Assembly (NCBI GenBank): GCA_965277715.1
Contig: OZ255836.1
Coordinates: 3,200,001-3,264,000, forward strand
DNA length: 64,000 nt
Origin: Gammaproteobacteria bacterium
GTDB taxonomy: Bacteria > Pseudomonadota > Gammaproteobacteria > JBCCGL01
Direction of reading: 5' to 3'
Below are positions 43,784-53,599 of this stretch, in pieces. The notes under the pieces were generated by a model. That model made no database searches, had not been told where the DNA came from, and saw only the letters and a program-made list of their open reading frames with translations. The number at the start of each line of letters is the position of its first letter. Positions within the stretch are counted from its first letter, which is position 1. A program made the position numbers and the translations under genes.

Positions 43784-45361
43784 ATGTTGCACAGTATGAG
43801 TATTACATCGAAGTTGATCTTAACTATCGGGTTTATCGTAATAATGGGCTTCTCCTCCCTGGTTTTTCAGCAATGGATTACATTGAATGATGGTTTGCAC
43901 ACACTGGCAAACAAAGACAGACAGGCGATGACAGAGTTGCTGTCACAAAATGTCAGTGGCGGTATTCGCTGGAAAAAGCAGGCAATTATCAAAAAAGCCT
44001 ATGAAAAATTTGTTGGCAGCACCGATACCGATGTATCAAATATCATTACCGCTGACCTGAAAGGCCAGATTATCACCCAATTTGTCCATCCCACGCTGCC
44101 AAAAGGATCATTGGATCGTATTGACACCGATTGGCAGCGGCAACTTGTTAACAAACAAGTTATCACGGTATCCAGAGGCAACCATACCATCGTCGCTGCA
44201 AATGTATTATCTGGTAAAGACAGCACGCCGGTAGGTTACCTGGCCATCGCCTTTTCCAATAGCGGGCTACAAGGCTTTATTACCTCACGCAGTGGTGTTG
44301 CCGTACTGGTATCGGCCGTGGCAGTCTCGGCCATTTTGTGTGTGCTATTGCTAATAATCCGGCTGCTGTTCACCCGGCCAATGCAATCATTAAATGACAT
44401 TGCCCACGAACTGGCCAATGGCGATGGCGACCTGACCCGTCGACTGGATATGCAATCAAACGATGAACTGGGTGAGCTGGCCTCCACTATCAATACCTTT
44501 GTCGGGAAATTGCAGAGTGTGATGGGCAATGTGGTCTGTTCTGCGGATAAAGTGCATGGGTCATTAACAACGGCGCGTGAATCTGCAACACAAAACCAGC
44601 AGCTACTGGACCAGCACGCGGCGGAGCTCGGCCAGGCAAATGACGCATTACAGGCGATGTCCTCACACCTTGAAAAGACCGCTGAGTCGGCGCAGGGACT
44701 GGCAAAGTCAACAACGGATGCGAGTAACCTGGCAGAGTCCGCCAACCAACTTGCCGATGATGCCGTGCTTGCGGTACAGGGTTTAACGGCGAAAGTGCAT
44801 GAAACCGAGTCAGTTATCCGTGACCTCGATGAGCGTTCACAAAATATAGGGTCGGTGCTGGACGTTATCAAAAGCATCGCCGAACAAACCAACTTACTCG
44901 CCTTAAACGCGGCGATTGAAGCCGCCCGTGCCGGTGAGCAGGGCCGGGGGTTTGCAGTGGTTGCCGACGAAGTACGCACACTCGCCAGCCGCACCCAGCA
45001 ATCCACCGAAGAAATCCAAAGGATTATCGAATCACTACAAGTAGGCGCACAAAAAGCCGTGACCACCATGGAACAGGGCCAACAGGATGTACTCGTTTCA
45101 GCCGATAAAATCAACCACGTCAAAGGTTCATTAACCGAAATTGTGGCGTGTATGGATCAGATATCGCAAACCGATACAGCCGTGGCCAGCGATGTCAATC
45201 AGCAATCAGATGTCGCCAAACGCCTCTCTGATAATATCGATAAAATCAGCGAGCTCAGCCTCTCCATTCTGGAAAACGGTCAGTCTACCTCGCAGGCCTG
45301 CGAGCGATTGTCGGTGATGAACAGCGACCTAAATACGCATGTTGCATTTTTTAAGGTGTGA
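43784..45361 (+). CDS. Methyl-accepting chemotaxis protein (2 TM, HAMP, signalling domain)
   Basis: [37 protein letters not shown] and the HAMP segment GDGDLTRRL...DELGEL. Confidence 0.95.
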   Translation: MLHSMSITSKLILTIGFIVIMGFSSLVFQQWITLNDGLHTLANKDRQAMTELLSQNVSGGIRWKKQAIIKKAYEKFVGSTDTDVSNIITADLKGQIITQFVHPTLPKGSLDRIDTDWQRQLVNKQVITVSRGNHTIVAANVLSGKDSTPVGYLAIAFSNSGLQGFITSRSGVAVLVSAVAVSAILCVLLLIIRLLFTRPMQSLNDIAHELANGDGDLTRRLDMQSNDELGELASTINTFVGKLQSVMGNVVCSADKVHGSLTTARESATQNQQLLDQHAAELGQANDALQAMSSHLEKTAESAQGLAKSTTDASNLAESANQLADDAVLAVQGLTAKVHETESVIRDLDERSQNIGSVLDVIKSIAEQTNLLALNAAIEAARAGEQGRGFAVVADEVRTLASRTQQSTEEIQRIIESLQVGAQKAVTTMEQGQQDVLVSADKINHVKGSLTEIVACMDQISQTDTAVASDVNQQSDVAKRLSDNIDKISELSLSILENGQSTSQACERLSVMNSDLNTHVAFFKV

Positions 45362-45449
45362 GTAGTGTGGGCAACACAAGGACGGACATGGTGCTGAGCT
45401 GATTTTAGGGAGCATACCTGTGAATGGACATATAACCCTGTACTGAACA

Positions 45450-45795
45450 ACATAAATCAGTGGTGGTATTGGGATAAGTACATTCCGAACAAATTAATTG
45501 CCCCTGTTATAGAGTTCTCTCAAAATTGATATTTTTGAGAAATCAGACAAAGATAATCTGCGTAAAGCCGAGCGAAATGAACTGGCAGTCATCGCTGCAT
45601 TAATTAAAGTGAGAAGTTATGAGCGAATATTTTGACTCTTTGCAACAGGGCGCAAAAGAGGCTCTGGCAAGAAAACTGGGGCGCGTACCCAGCGTTACAC
45701 CGCTATAGACGTTGCGGCTATTCGCAAACAAACCAAAATGACACAGTGGGAATTCTCGAAATCGTTAGAATTGATGAAGAGTGTGCACGTTTAAA
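45450..45795 (+). pseudogene. Degraded RelE/HigB-type toxin and XRE-HTH antitoxin pair
   Basis: Manual translation gives the toxin C-terminus IDIFEKSDKDNLRKAERNELAVIAALIK. The ATG at 45619 gives MSEYFDSLQQGAKEALA, and after a frameshift IDVAAIRKQTKMTQWEFSK. Confidence 0.6.
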
Positions 45796-45877
45796 ATCGC
45801 ATTTTGCGACCTTAAAGAACCCGGTTGATCCTGATCCTGGTTATGCCGTGCTAAAATTGACTTTTCAGGCGGGTTTG

Positions 45878-45954
45878 TGGCGCGCCCGACAGGATTCGAA
45901 CCTGTGACCTCTGCCTTCGGAGGGCAGCACTCTATCCAGCTGAGCTACGGGCGC
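45878..45954 (-). tRNA. tRNA-Arg (CCG)
   Basis: Reverse complement reads GCGCCCGTAGCTCAGCTGGATAGAGTGCTGCCCT-CCG-AAGGCAGAGGTCACAGGTTCGAATCCTGTCGGGCGCGCCA; 77 nt with encoded CCA. Confidence 0.97.
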
Positions 45955-46141
45955 ACAGTAGGCGATAATACGTTGTCGGTGGGGTAGCGTCTACCGTGGT
46001 GTGTATTGTGTATATTGAGCGGGTACGTTGATGGCAAGGAATGCCCGTGATAAATATTTGCCAATAAACTACAATTGTATGTTGCTGGGCGCATTGCTAG
46101 AATGCCGCGCATTTTGATTGCTACTTTAGGAGGTTCCCTAC

Positions 46142-46624
46142 GTGGAGCACACAACCGACGACAGCCAGCTAGTGAAAATCATGGCCCTTGTACTGGGGGT
46201 ATTGGTGGTTTTTTTCTTCGCCATTGTATTTGTGGCCAACCTTATTGTAGAGCCTGGTAATACTGCACCCAATGCGGTCAAGCTGGCGGCGATGGCGGAA
46301 CGTATTGAGCCAGTGGGTAGTGTGCGTACCAGCCTTGATGGCGGTGATGCGGCGATGGCTGAAACGCAGGCGTCCGCCGAGCCGAAAACTGGTAAGCAGT
46401 TATCAGAAATGGCGTGTTTGGCTTGTCACGGCGCCGCTACTGCCGCTGCCTTAGGCGCACCGGCAGTGGGTGACGCCGCCGCCTGGCAAAGTCGCCTGTC
46501 AGCGGGTATGGATGCCTTGGTTAGCAATGCTATCAAGGGTAAAGGGGCAATGCCGCCACGGGGTGGTTCGTCTTTATCGGATGAGGAAATTCGACTGGCT
46601 GTTGAGTACCTTGTGGGGCAGTAG
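46142..46624 (+). CDS. Membrane-anchored cytochrome c5
   Basis: N-terminal TM, ERIEPVG, CLACH and MPPRGG motifs. Confidence 0.9.
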   Translation: MEHTTDDSQLVKIMALVLGVLVVFFFAIVFVANLIVEPGNTAPNAVKLAAMAERIEPVGSVRTSLDGGDAAMAETQASAEPKTGKQLSEMACLACHGAATAAALGAPAVGDAAAWQSRLSAGMDALVSNAIKGKGAMPPRGGSSLSDEEIRLAVEYLVGQ

Positions 46625-46759
46625 TTTATTTTGCTGTCTGCTGCGTGCATCAGGTGCGCAGTAGTGCTCAATAACCAACAGCCATTGGCTCTATCAATCC
46701 CCCCAGACAAACACCACTTCAAACCGCTCTTGTGCCGCGATGATGGCGGGCTTCTTTAA

Positions 46760-46934
46760 CCTAAATTCCGCAGTTGAATCTACTGCGACCACCTGATGCA
46801 CAGAATCTAAAGCGCTTTTACCCGCATTTCAGCTTCACCTGTAGAATCACTACAGGATGGCTAAAATGCGGGTAACAACACTTCATCTTCAGCACCTTAG
46901 ACGCCCCCGCTACGATTCAACTGCGGAATTTAGG
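46760..46934. mobile_element. MITE-like element with perfect terminal inverted repeats and nested internal hairpins
   Basis: AACCTAAATTCCGCAGTTGAATC (46758-46780) is the reverse complement of 46914-46936. TTTAA flanks both sides. Internal pairs TTACCCGCATTT/AAATGCGGGTAA and CCTGTAG/CTACAGG. Confidence 0.75.
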
Positions 46935-47005
46935 TTTAATCACTCACACAGCATGGCGATTATTGTCTATCCTCTGTTGTGTGAAAACTTGATAAGGATC
47001 TATCT

Positions 47006-47863
47006 ATGCGCAGAGATAACAGCCAATACACACAAATACCCGGTAGGCGGACAAATTTCGGCTTTACACTGGTCGAGATTGCCATTGTTCTATTGATTAT
47101 CAGTGTGTTGTTGGGATCGGTTTTGATACCCCTCGGGGGGGTGTTTGAGCAGTCGCAACGGAAGTTGGTCAAGGCGCAGTTGGAAGAGGTGAATCAGGCG
47201 CTGGTGGGATTTGCCGTGGCCAACGGGCGATTGCCCTGCCCAGCCAGCGGCAGCAGTGCCGGCAGTGAAGACCCACAGGGTGGCGGTAACTGCGCCGGGG
47301 TCGATAGCAGCGGCGTGGCACACGGGTTTGTACCGGTGGTGACGCTCGGTCTGGTGGGTGAAACCAATGAGGACGGTCTGTTGCTGGACACGTGGGCCAA
47401 TCCCCTGCGCTATAGCGTAACGCAAGTCAACAGCTCACCGTCAACCGGGCCGGATTTCACTACACAGGGCGCGATGCGCTCGGTGGGCCTGTCGAATTTA
47501 CAGCCGAATATTGCCATCTGTACCCGCGCCACCAGCAATCCCAACTGCCCGAAAACTGCCGGTAATAACAACGCCCTGCGCGCTAACCAGGTGCCTGTGC
47601 TCATCTTTTCCATGGGGAAAGACTGGCGCGATTACGGCGGCACAGATCAGCTCGGCAACGCCGGGGAAGGTAGGTCAGGTGAGCGTTTTAATACGGTGGC
47701 CACAGGTGCCTCGGGGCGCACTTACCCACTGCCGGGGGATAATGTCTTTGTCAGCAAACCATACAATCAGCTTGAAGGGGATGAGCACTTTGACGATATT
47801 GTCGTCTGGCTCTCAGAGAATATTCTGTATACGCGGATGATCCAGGCAGGTGTCTTACCATGA
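47006..47863 (+). CDS. Prepilin-type N-terminal cleavage/methylation domain protein (pseudopilin-like)
   Basis: G|FTLVEIAIVLLII processing site; GRLPCPA, DTWANPLRY and FDDIVVW motifs. Confidence 0.85.
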   Translation: MRRDNSQYTQIPGRRTNFGFTLVEIAIVLLIISVLLGSVLIPLGGVFEQSQRKLVKAQLEEVNQALVGFAVANGRLPCPASGSSAGSEDPQGGGNCAGVDSSGVAHGFVPVVTLGLVGETNEDGLLLDTWANPLRYSVTQVNSSPSTGPDFTTQGAMRSVGLSNLQPNIAICTRATSNPNCPKTAGNNNALRANQVPVLIFSMGKDWRDYGGTDQLGNAGEGRSGERFNTVATGASGRTYPLPGDNVFVSKPYNQLEGDEHFDDIVVWLSENILYTRMIQAGVLP

Positions 47864-47927
47864 CACTTGCCTACTTGCACATGGAGCGTATACTGCGCAC
47901 ATCACTAATGTACAGGGAGTTTGATTT

Positions 47928-48581
47928 ATGAAATACCGTCACCATGGATTTACCCTCGTTGAAATCGCCATCGTCCTGGTCATTATCGGCCTGATTCTCG
48001 GCGGTATCTTAAAAGGCCAAGCATTGATCGACAGTGCCAGAGTGCGCTCGATGGCCAATGATGTCAACGGTATACGCACCGCCTGGCAGGCATTCCAGGA
48101 TCGCTATAACAGCCTGCCCGGTGACTTTGCCCAGGCCAGCACGCAAATTGACAGCACGCTGAGCAATGGCAATGGCAACGGCAAAGTCGATACCAAAGGC
48201 GAGATTGCAGGCGTTTGGCAGCACTTGGCCAAAGCCGGTTTTATTGCCGGTGATTACGATGGTAGCAGCACGGGGATCGACAGTATTGCCGGTCTGGGCT
48301 GTAGAACCGCCACCTGCCCGGTCAATCCATACAATGGGTTTTACAAAATAGCCTACGGCGAGCACATTCCCGGTGATCAGAGCAGTACGCACGAGTTTTT
48401 TACCGGCGAACAGGTGCCCGTGGGCATTATCCTGCAACTCGATTTAAAGATCGACGATGGCCTCGCCAGCAAGGGTGGAATGCAATCACATACAGCGACA
48501 GATGAAACCTGCCGGAGCGATGACAACTGGCAGGTGAGCGCCGATGCCACGAGCTGTGGTGCGGTTATTCGTGGGTTTTAA
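47928..48581 (+). CDS. Prepilin-type N-terminal cleavage/methylation domain protein
   Basis: G|FTLVEIAIVLVIIGLILGGILKGQ, YNSLPGD and DLKIDDG motifs. Confidence 0.88.
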   Translation: MKYRHHGFTLVEIAIVLVIIGLILGGILKGQALIDSARVRSMANDVNGIRTAWQAFQDRYNSLPGDFAQASTQIDSTLSNGNGNGKVDTKGEIAGVWQHLAKAGFIAGDYDGSSTGIDSIAGLGCRTATCPVNPYNGFYKIAYGEHIPGDQSSTHEFFTGEQVPVGIILQLDLKIDDGLASKGGMQSHTATDETCRSDDNWQVSADATSCGAVIRGF

Positions 48582-48709
48582 CGCAAGAATACAGATACTC
48601 CCAATGGCTTAATCGGCGGGAACCGCTGCAAAAATAATATTACCCATAAAAAAATAACTCCCGTTTCTGCTACGCTTGGCACACCCCGAAAAACATACAT
48701 TGAGGTGCA

Positions 48710-50023
48710 TTGACTATCATGGCCTGCCAGTACTTAACCCCCTGCGATCACGGCGCTGACACCTTTACAGTCGCCATGCCCAAACTCACCTTTGGCCGGG
48801 GTTGCCTGGCCGAGGTTGGCGCACGCGCCGCCGGGCGTGGACTAAAACGCGTTGCGCTGATTACAGACCCCTTTCTACGCGATGGCCCCTACGTGGCAAC
48901 GGTTAAAAACTCACTCACCCAGGCGGGTATCGACTACGCCGTTTTTTCTGATATCCGTATCGAGCCGGACGATACCAGTGTTATTGCCGCCGCCAGTTTT
49001 TTGCGCGAGGGTGCGTTTGATAGCGTCATTTCCGTGGGCGGTGGCTCCTCAATGGATACCGCCAAAGCGGGGATGTTATACGCCCTCTACCCCAGTGACT
49101 TCAACGACTACTTCGCCGCCCCGATAGGTGCAGGCAAACCAATCCCCGGGCCGCTATTACCCCACATCGCCTGCCCGACGACCTCTGGCACCGGCTCCGA
49201 ATGCACCTCGGTCTCAGTGATTCGCATTAACACCCTGAACACCAAATTTGTGCTGGGCAGCCCGCATATGCTGCCCATCGAGGCAATCGTCGACCCCAGT
49301 TGCTGCGACAGCCTGCCCGCTAACGTCGTGGCCTCGACCGGGTTTGATTTACTGTGTCACGCAATCGAATGCTACACCGCGAAAGCCTACACCCGCTGGG
49401 CGCCAATTGCCGACCCGAACAAACGCACACTGCTACAGGGCGCAAACCCGTGGAGTGATATGGCGGCATCAAAAGCACTGGAAATTGTCGGCAACTACTT
49501 ACAGCGCGGAGTCGCCGATACCAGCGACAGCGAGGCGCGGGACCAACTGATGTGGGGCGCGACACTGGCTGGCATGGCATTTGGTAACTCTGGCACCCAC
49601 CTGCCCCACGCCATGTCATACGGCGTTACCCACCTGATGAACGACATCACCACCGCAGGCTACCCTGTTGCCTCACCTTTTGTACCACACGGCTTTAGCG
49701 TAGTCGTCAGCGCCCCGGCCATTTTTCGCTACGCCGCTGAAGCAGCCCCCGAGCGCCATATGCAAGCGGCGCAGTTCCTCGGTGCAGACAACCAGGGGGC
49801 AACCCCGGATGATGCCGGTGAAATCGTCGCCAAGCGCATCATTGACCTAATGAAAAGCACCGATGCCCCCAATGGATTGTCCGGGGTTGGATTTAACCGC
49901 GCCGACATAAAAGCCCTATCTGCGTCCTCAGCCCGTCAGGCACGCGCTATTGCCAACACCCCACGTGAAACCAATATCATCGATATTGAAAACATCTATT
50001 CCAACGCCATCCGGTATTGGTAA
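48710..50023 (+). CDS. Hydroxyacid-oxoacid transhydrogenase-like iron-containing alcohol dehydrogenase
   Basis: GGGSSMDTAK, PTTSGTGSE, DLLCHAIECYTA, HLPHAMSY, VPHG and QGANPWSD motifs. Confidence 0.85.
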   Translation: MTIMACQYLTPCDHGADTFTVAMPKLTFGRGCLAEVGARAAGRGLKRVALITDPFLRDGPYVATVKNSLTQAGIDYAVFSDIRIEPDDTSVIAAASFLREGAFDSVISVGGGSSMDTAKAGMLYALYPSDFNDYFAAPIGAGKPIPGPLLPHIACPTTSGTGSECTSVSVIRINTLNTKFVLGSPHMLPIEAIVDPSCCDSLPANVVASTGFDLLCHAIECYTAKAYTRWAPIADPNKRTLLQGANPWSDMAASKALEIVGNYLQRGVADTSDSEARDQLMWGATLAGMAFGNSGTHLPHAMSYGVTHLMNDITTAGYPVASPFVPHGFSVVVSAPAIFRYAAEAAPERHMQAAQFLGADNQGATPDDAGEIVAKRIIDLMKSTDAPNGLSGVGFNRADIKALSASSARQARAIANTPRETNIIDIENIYSNAIRYW

Positions 50024-50028
50024 CACCA

Positions 50029-50124
50029 GCAATCAGCGTCAGCTTTTTTTCCACAGAAACAGTTGGCGTGCGACTGTATGGATACAGGAGCTAGAGCAAC
50101 GCAGGAGCAGTTGCCGACACCTGT
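50029..50124 (+). repeat. ~96-bp dispersed intergenic repeat with GGA-loop hairpins
   Basis: Inverted copy of 35158-35255; contains CTGTA-TGGA-TACAG and GCAACGC-AGGA-GCAGTTGC. Confidence 0.9.
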
Positions 50125-50222
50125 TACTGGTTAGCAAGACACTCTCAAGCAGACTTATTTGATATTGGAAAAGACAATAAAAACCGGTAGTCTTACACGG
50201 CTATTCACAACACAACAGCGCC

Positions 50223-52340
50223 ATGACGCAGTGTAACACCCACCCACTCGACCCACTGGTCAACCCACAATCCATCGCCCTGATCGGTGCCTCAGCACGC
50301 GCCAACACCTCGGGCAGAACCTTATTCGATATGGCGTGTGTCGACGGTTATCCGGGGCGGGTTTACCTGGTAAATCCCCGTTACCAATCGATCGACGGGC
50401 AGCCTTGCTACCCCACCATCGATGCTTTACCGGAAACGGTCGATCACGCCGCCATAGCACTGAATAACAACCGGCTGGAAAATACGCTGGATCAGGTAAT
50501 CGCCCACGGCGCAAAGGCCGCCACTATTTTCGCCTCCTGTCTGTCAGCGGAAAATCAACACCCAGGTCAGCAATCGGGTCAACAATCGGGCCTGGCATCC
50601 GCAATCAAGCAAAAAGCGGCGCACGTGGGGCTGTTGTTATGCGGTGGTAACTCCATGGGGCTTTACAACCGTGTCGCGGGGTTACGGTTTGCCAGCTTCG
50701 GCTCAAAAACCCCTCTCAGGGCTGGTGGTGTGGCCTGGGTTGTACAGTCTGGCTCGGCCATTTCCGCTATCGCCCACGGTGATCGTAGACTGGGATTTAC
50801 GCTGTGTGTCAGCACTGGCATGGAACTCACCACCACCGCAGCAGAATACGCCGACTGGGCATTGAGCCAAACCACCACCCGCGTTATAGGGATGTTTCTT
50901 GAATCAGTGCGCCATACAGAAAAATTTATCGCGATGCTACAACGCGCCAACCAACAGCAGATTCCTGTGGTGATACTGAAAGTCGGGCGCACAGAAAAAA
51001 GCGCGGCGATGGCACAAAGCCACACAGGCGCTATCGTCGGTGACGATGTGGCGTTTAACGCAGTATGTGATCGCTATGGGGTTATTCGTGTTCGCGATTT
51101 CAATGAGATGATCGCCACCCTGCAACTACTGGATCGCGATGTATCTGTGTTAGATGGCGCGCTGGCGACCATGCACGACTCAGGTGGCGAGCGGGAGCTA
51201 CTGGTCGATCTCGCGCAGGATATTGACGTACCCCTGGCCAATATCGACACCCAGACCAAAACCCTGCTCGAACAAAACCTCGATGTGGGCTTAGTGCCGG
51301 AAAACCCGCTGGATGCCTGGGGCACACCCAATAACGCCGAACAGCGAATGGTCAATTGCTTACGCGCACTGGCCAACGACCCTGCAACCGGCCTCGCCTT
51401 TTTTTGCAGCAACCCGCAGGATGACTATTGGTACGCCGCCATGTTGCAACAAGTCGTCGCCACAGCCAGCCAGCAGACAGACACACCGCTGGCGATGGTA
51501 TGCCACTCCAGCCTCGCACAAAACGCCAAAATGGCGTCGCGGCTGGCAGATCAGGGTATACCACTTATTACCGGCACTCAGGAGGCATTAAAGGCCGCCA
51601 AACACGCAATAGACTACAAAAAATACCGGCACAAACCCAAAGAGGCGCTCACTGACCTTGATAAAAGCCTGATCGACTTTATTCAAACGCAATTTCAACA
51701 ACATACGGGCACTGTTTCAGAGCGTGAAGGCTTAAACCTGCTGGGGGCATTTGGCCTGCCAACGGTCAGTTGGGTGTCTGTTTGTGATACCGAACAAGCC
51801 CTACAAGCGGCAGACACTCTAGGCTACCCCGTGGCGCTCAAAACCGACGAAGGCAATTTACACAAAACGGATGTGGCGGGCGTATATTTAAATTTAAATG
51901 ATGCCGGGGCGATGGAAGCCGCCTACCAGGATATGGCTGAGCGACTGGGACCAGAAGCCATTATAGGGCCGATGATAACCTCTGGCGTGGAAGTGGGGCT
52001 GGGGGCGGTTATCGACCCAGACTTTGGCCCTGTCGTGGTTATCAGTGCCGGTGGCACACTGATCGAAGTATTGGATGATAAACAAACCGCTGCCGCGCCA
52101 TTTGGCCCGGCAACCGCCCGGACGCTATTACAAAAGATGCGGCTGTGGCCACAGCTTTTAGGTACTCGTGGGCAGGCTGAGGCTGATATTGAAGACCTGT
52201 GTAATACGATTGCCCGGTTCTCCCAATTCGCCGACTTATTCGCCTCCTCGCTTTTAACCATTGATATCAACCCTATCATTGCCGGGCCGCAGGGGTGTTG
52301 TGCAGTGGATGCCCTGATTATTTTGTCATCGAAAACATAA
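50223..52340 (+). CDS. NDP-forming acyl-CoA synthetase (acetate-CoA ligase family, fused alpha-beta)
   Basis: CoA-binding PQSIALIGAS, phospho-His motif SHTGA, NPLD, and ATP-grasp motifs HKTDVAGV and IDINP. Confidence 0.88.
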   Translation: MTQCNTHPLDPLVNPQSIALIGASARANTSGRTLFDMACVDGYPGRVYLVNPRYQSIDGQPCYPTIDALPETVDHAAIALNNNRLENTLDQVIAHGAKAATIFASCLSAENQHPGQQSGQQSGLASAIKQKAAHVGLLLCGGNSMGLYNRVAGLRFASFGSKTPLRAGGVAWVVQSGSAISAIAHGDRRLGFTLCVSTGMELTTTAAEYADWALSQTTTRVIGMFLESVRHTEKFIAMLQRANQQQIPVVILKVGRTEKSAAMAQSHTGAIVGDDVAFNAVCDRYGVIRVRDFNEMIATLQLLDRDVSVLDGALATMHDSGGERELLVDLAQDIDVPLANIDTQTKTLLEQNLDVGLVPENPLDAWGTPNNAEQRMVNCLRALANDPATGLAFFCSNPQDDYWYAAMLQQVVATASQQTDTPLAMVCHSSLAQNAKMASRLADQGIPLITGTQEALKAAKHAIDYKKYRHKPKEALTDLDKSLIDFIQTQFQQHTGTVSEREGLNLLGAFGLPTVSWVSVCDTEQALQAADTLGYPVALKTDEGNLHKTDVAGVYLNLNDAGAMEAAYQDMAERLGPEAIIGPMITSGVEVGLGAVIDPDFGPVVVISAGGTLIEVLDDKQTAAAPFGPATARTLLQKMRLWPQLLGTRGQAEADIEDLCNTIARFSQFADLFASSLLTIDINPIIAGPQGCCAVDALIILSSKT

Positions 52341-52397
52341 ACGCTGAAACACAAATTCTAATCAATAAACCTGGTCAATAAATTTAGAAGGTAAATT

Positions 52398-53564
52398 ATG
52401 GATCTATCACTAAGCCACCGCGAAAAAGCCCTTTCCAAAAAAGGCCGGGATTTTTTTGAGCAGGTATTACAACCACTGGAAATGGTCGTGGAAGAACACG
52501 GCCATTTGCCTGAAACATACCATGAACCACTCAAAGAAAACGTGCGCGAATGGGGGTTAGCCGGAATCAATCACACACAGGCGCATGGCGGTCTAGACTT
52601 GACTATACTGGAACAAACAGTGATTGAAGAGCAGCTAGGGCGCGCAACTAACGGCTTGTGGACGTGTGTCTGGCGCCCCCCGGTGAGCCTCAAATTTGGC
52701 ACCCCTGAACAAATAGAAAAATACCTTATCCCCTGTAACCAGGGGCACAGCCGGGCCTGCTTTGCGATAACGGAACCCAATTCCGGGTCAGATAATCGCC
52801 TGGTTGAAACCACCGCTGCACGCGACGGGGACGGCTGGCGGCTCAATGGTGAAAAATGGTTTGTGACCAGCTATAGCGGATCAAACATCATTATTGTGCA
52901 CGCCCATGTCGACAATGACCCCGATAAACCCACCCTCTTTATCGTTGCCAAAGACAACCCCGGCGTACAGCATATACGTTCACCCAAATTTACCCACAAC
53001 TACCCTTTTGACCACGCAGAATTAAAGTTTGAACACTGCTACGTACACGATAAAGACAGGCTCGGCGATGTCGGTCAGGGGTTTGAGTTGACCAAAGACT
53101 GGTTTGTTGAGGCGCGCCTGCAAATTTCCGCACATACCTTAGGCGCCGCAATAAGAGCGACGGAAGAGGCCAATAAATACGCAGCAGACCGGGTGCAGTT
53201 TGGTCAGCCAATCCGGGATTTTCAGTCGGTCGAGAATATGCTGGCCGATATGGCAGTGGATATTTACGCGGGTAAGACCATGCTGTACAGGCTGGCAGCA
53301 GAGATGGATAGCGGGCTGGACCGAAAGATAATACACGCACGCGCCAGCGCGCTGAAACTCTTTTGTTCAGAAATGGCCGGTCGGGTCATCGATAAAGCCG
53401 TGCAAATTCATGGTGGGCGCGGGTATATGCGCGAGTATTCAGTCGAGCGTGCCTACCGGGATATCCGGGTAGACCGGATTTGGGAGGGAACCTCTGAAAT
53501 ACAGCGCAGAGTCATTGCCGGACAAATTAAGAAGCGTGGCGTTGATATTTACACAGGCTGGTAA
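52398..53564 (+). CDS. Acyl-CoA dehydrogenase
   Basis: FAITEPNSGSD, NGEKWFVT, RVQFG, QIHGGRGY and IWEGTSEIQR motifs. Confidence 0.95.
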   Translation: MDLSLSHREKALSKKGRDFFEQVLQPLEMVVEEHGHLPETYHEPLKENVREWGLAGINHTQAHGGLDLTILEQTVIEEQLGRATNGLWTCVWRPPVSLKFGTPEQIEKYLIPCNQGHSRACFAITEPNSGSDNRLVETTAARDGDGWRLNGEKWFVTSYSGSNIIIVHAHVDNDPDKPTLFIVAKDNPGVQHIRSPKFTHNYPFDHAELKFEHCYVHDKDRLGDVGQGFELTKDWFVEARLQISAHTLGAAIRATEEANKYAADRVQFGQPIRDFQSVENMLADMAVDIYAGKTMLYRLAAEMDSGLDRKIIHARASALKLFCSEMAGRVIDKAVQIHGGRGYMREYSVERAYRDIRVDRIWEGTSEIQRRVIAGQIKKRGVDIYTGW

Positions 53565-53599
53565 GATACCCCGATTGGCCAGAGTTTTTAGCTCCATAC

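Noticed and set aside
50564-50590. 12-bp duplication encoding GQQSGQQSG in the CoA ligase
   Set aside because: An in-frame loop micro-duplication with no evidence of function.
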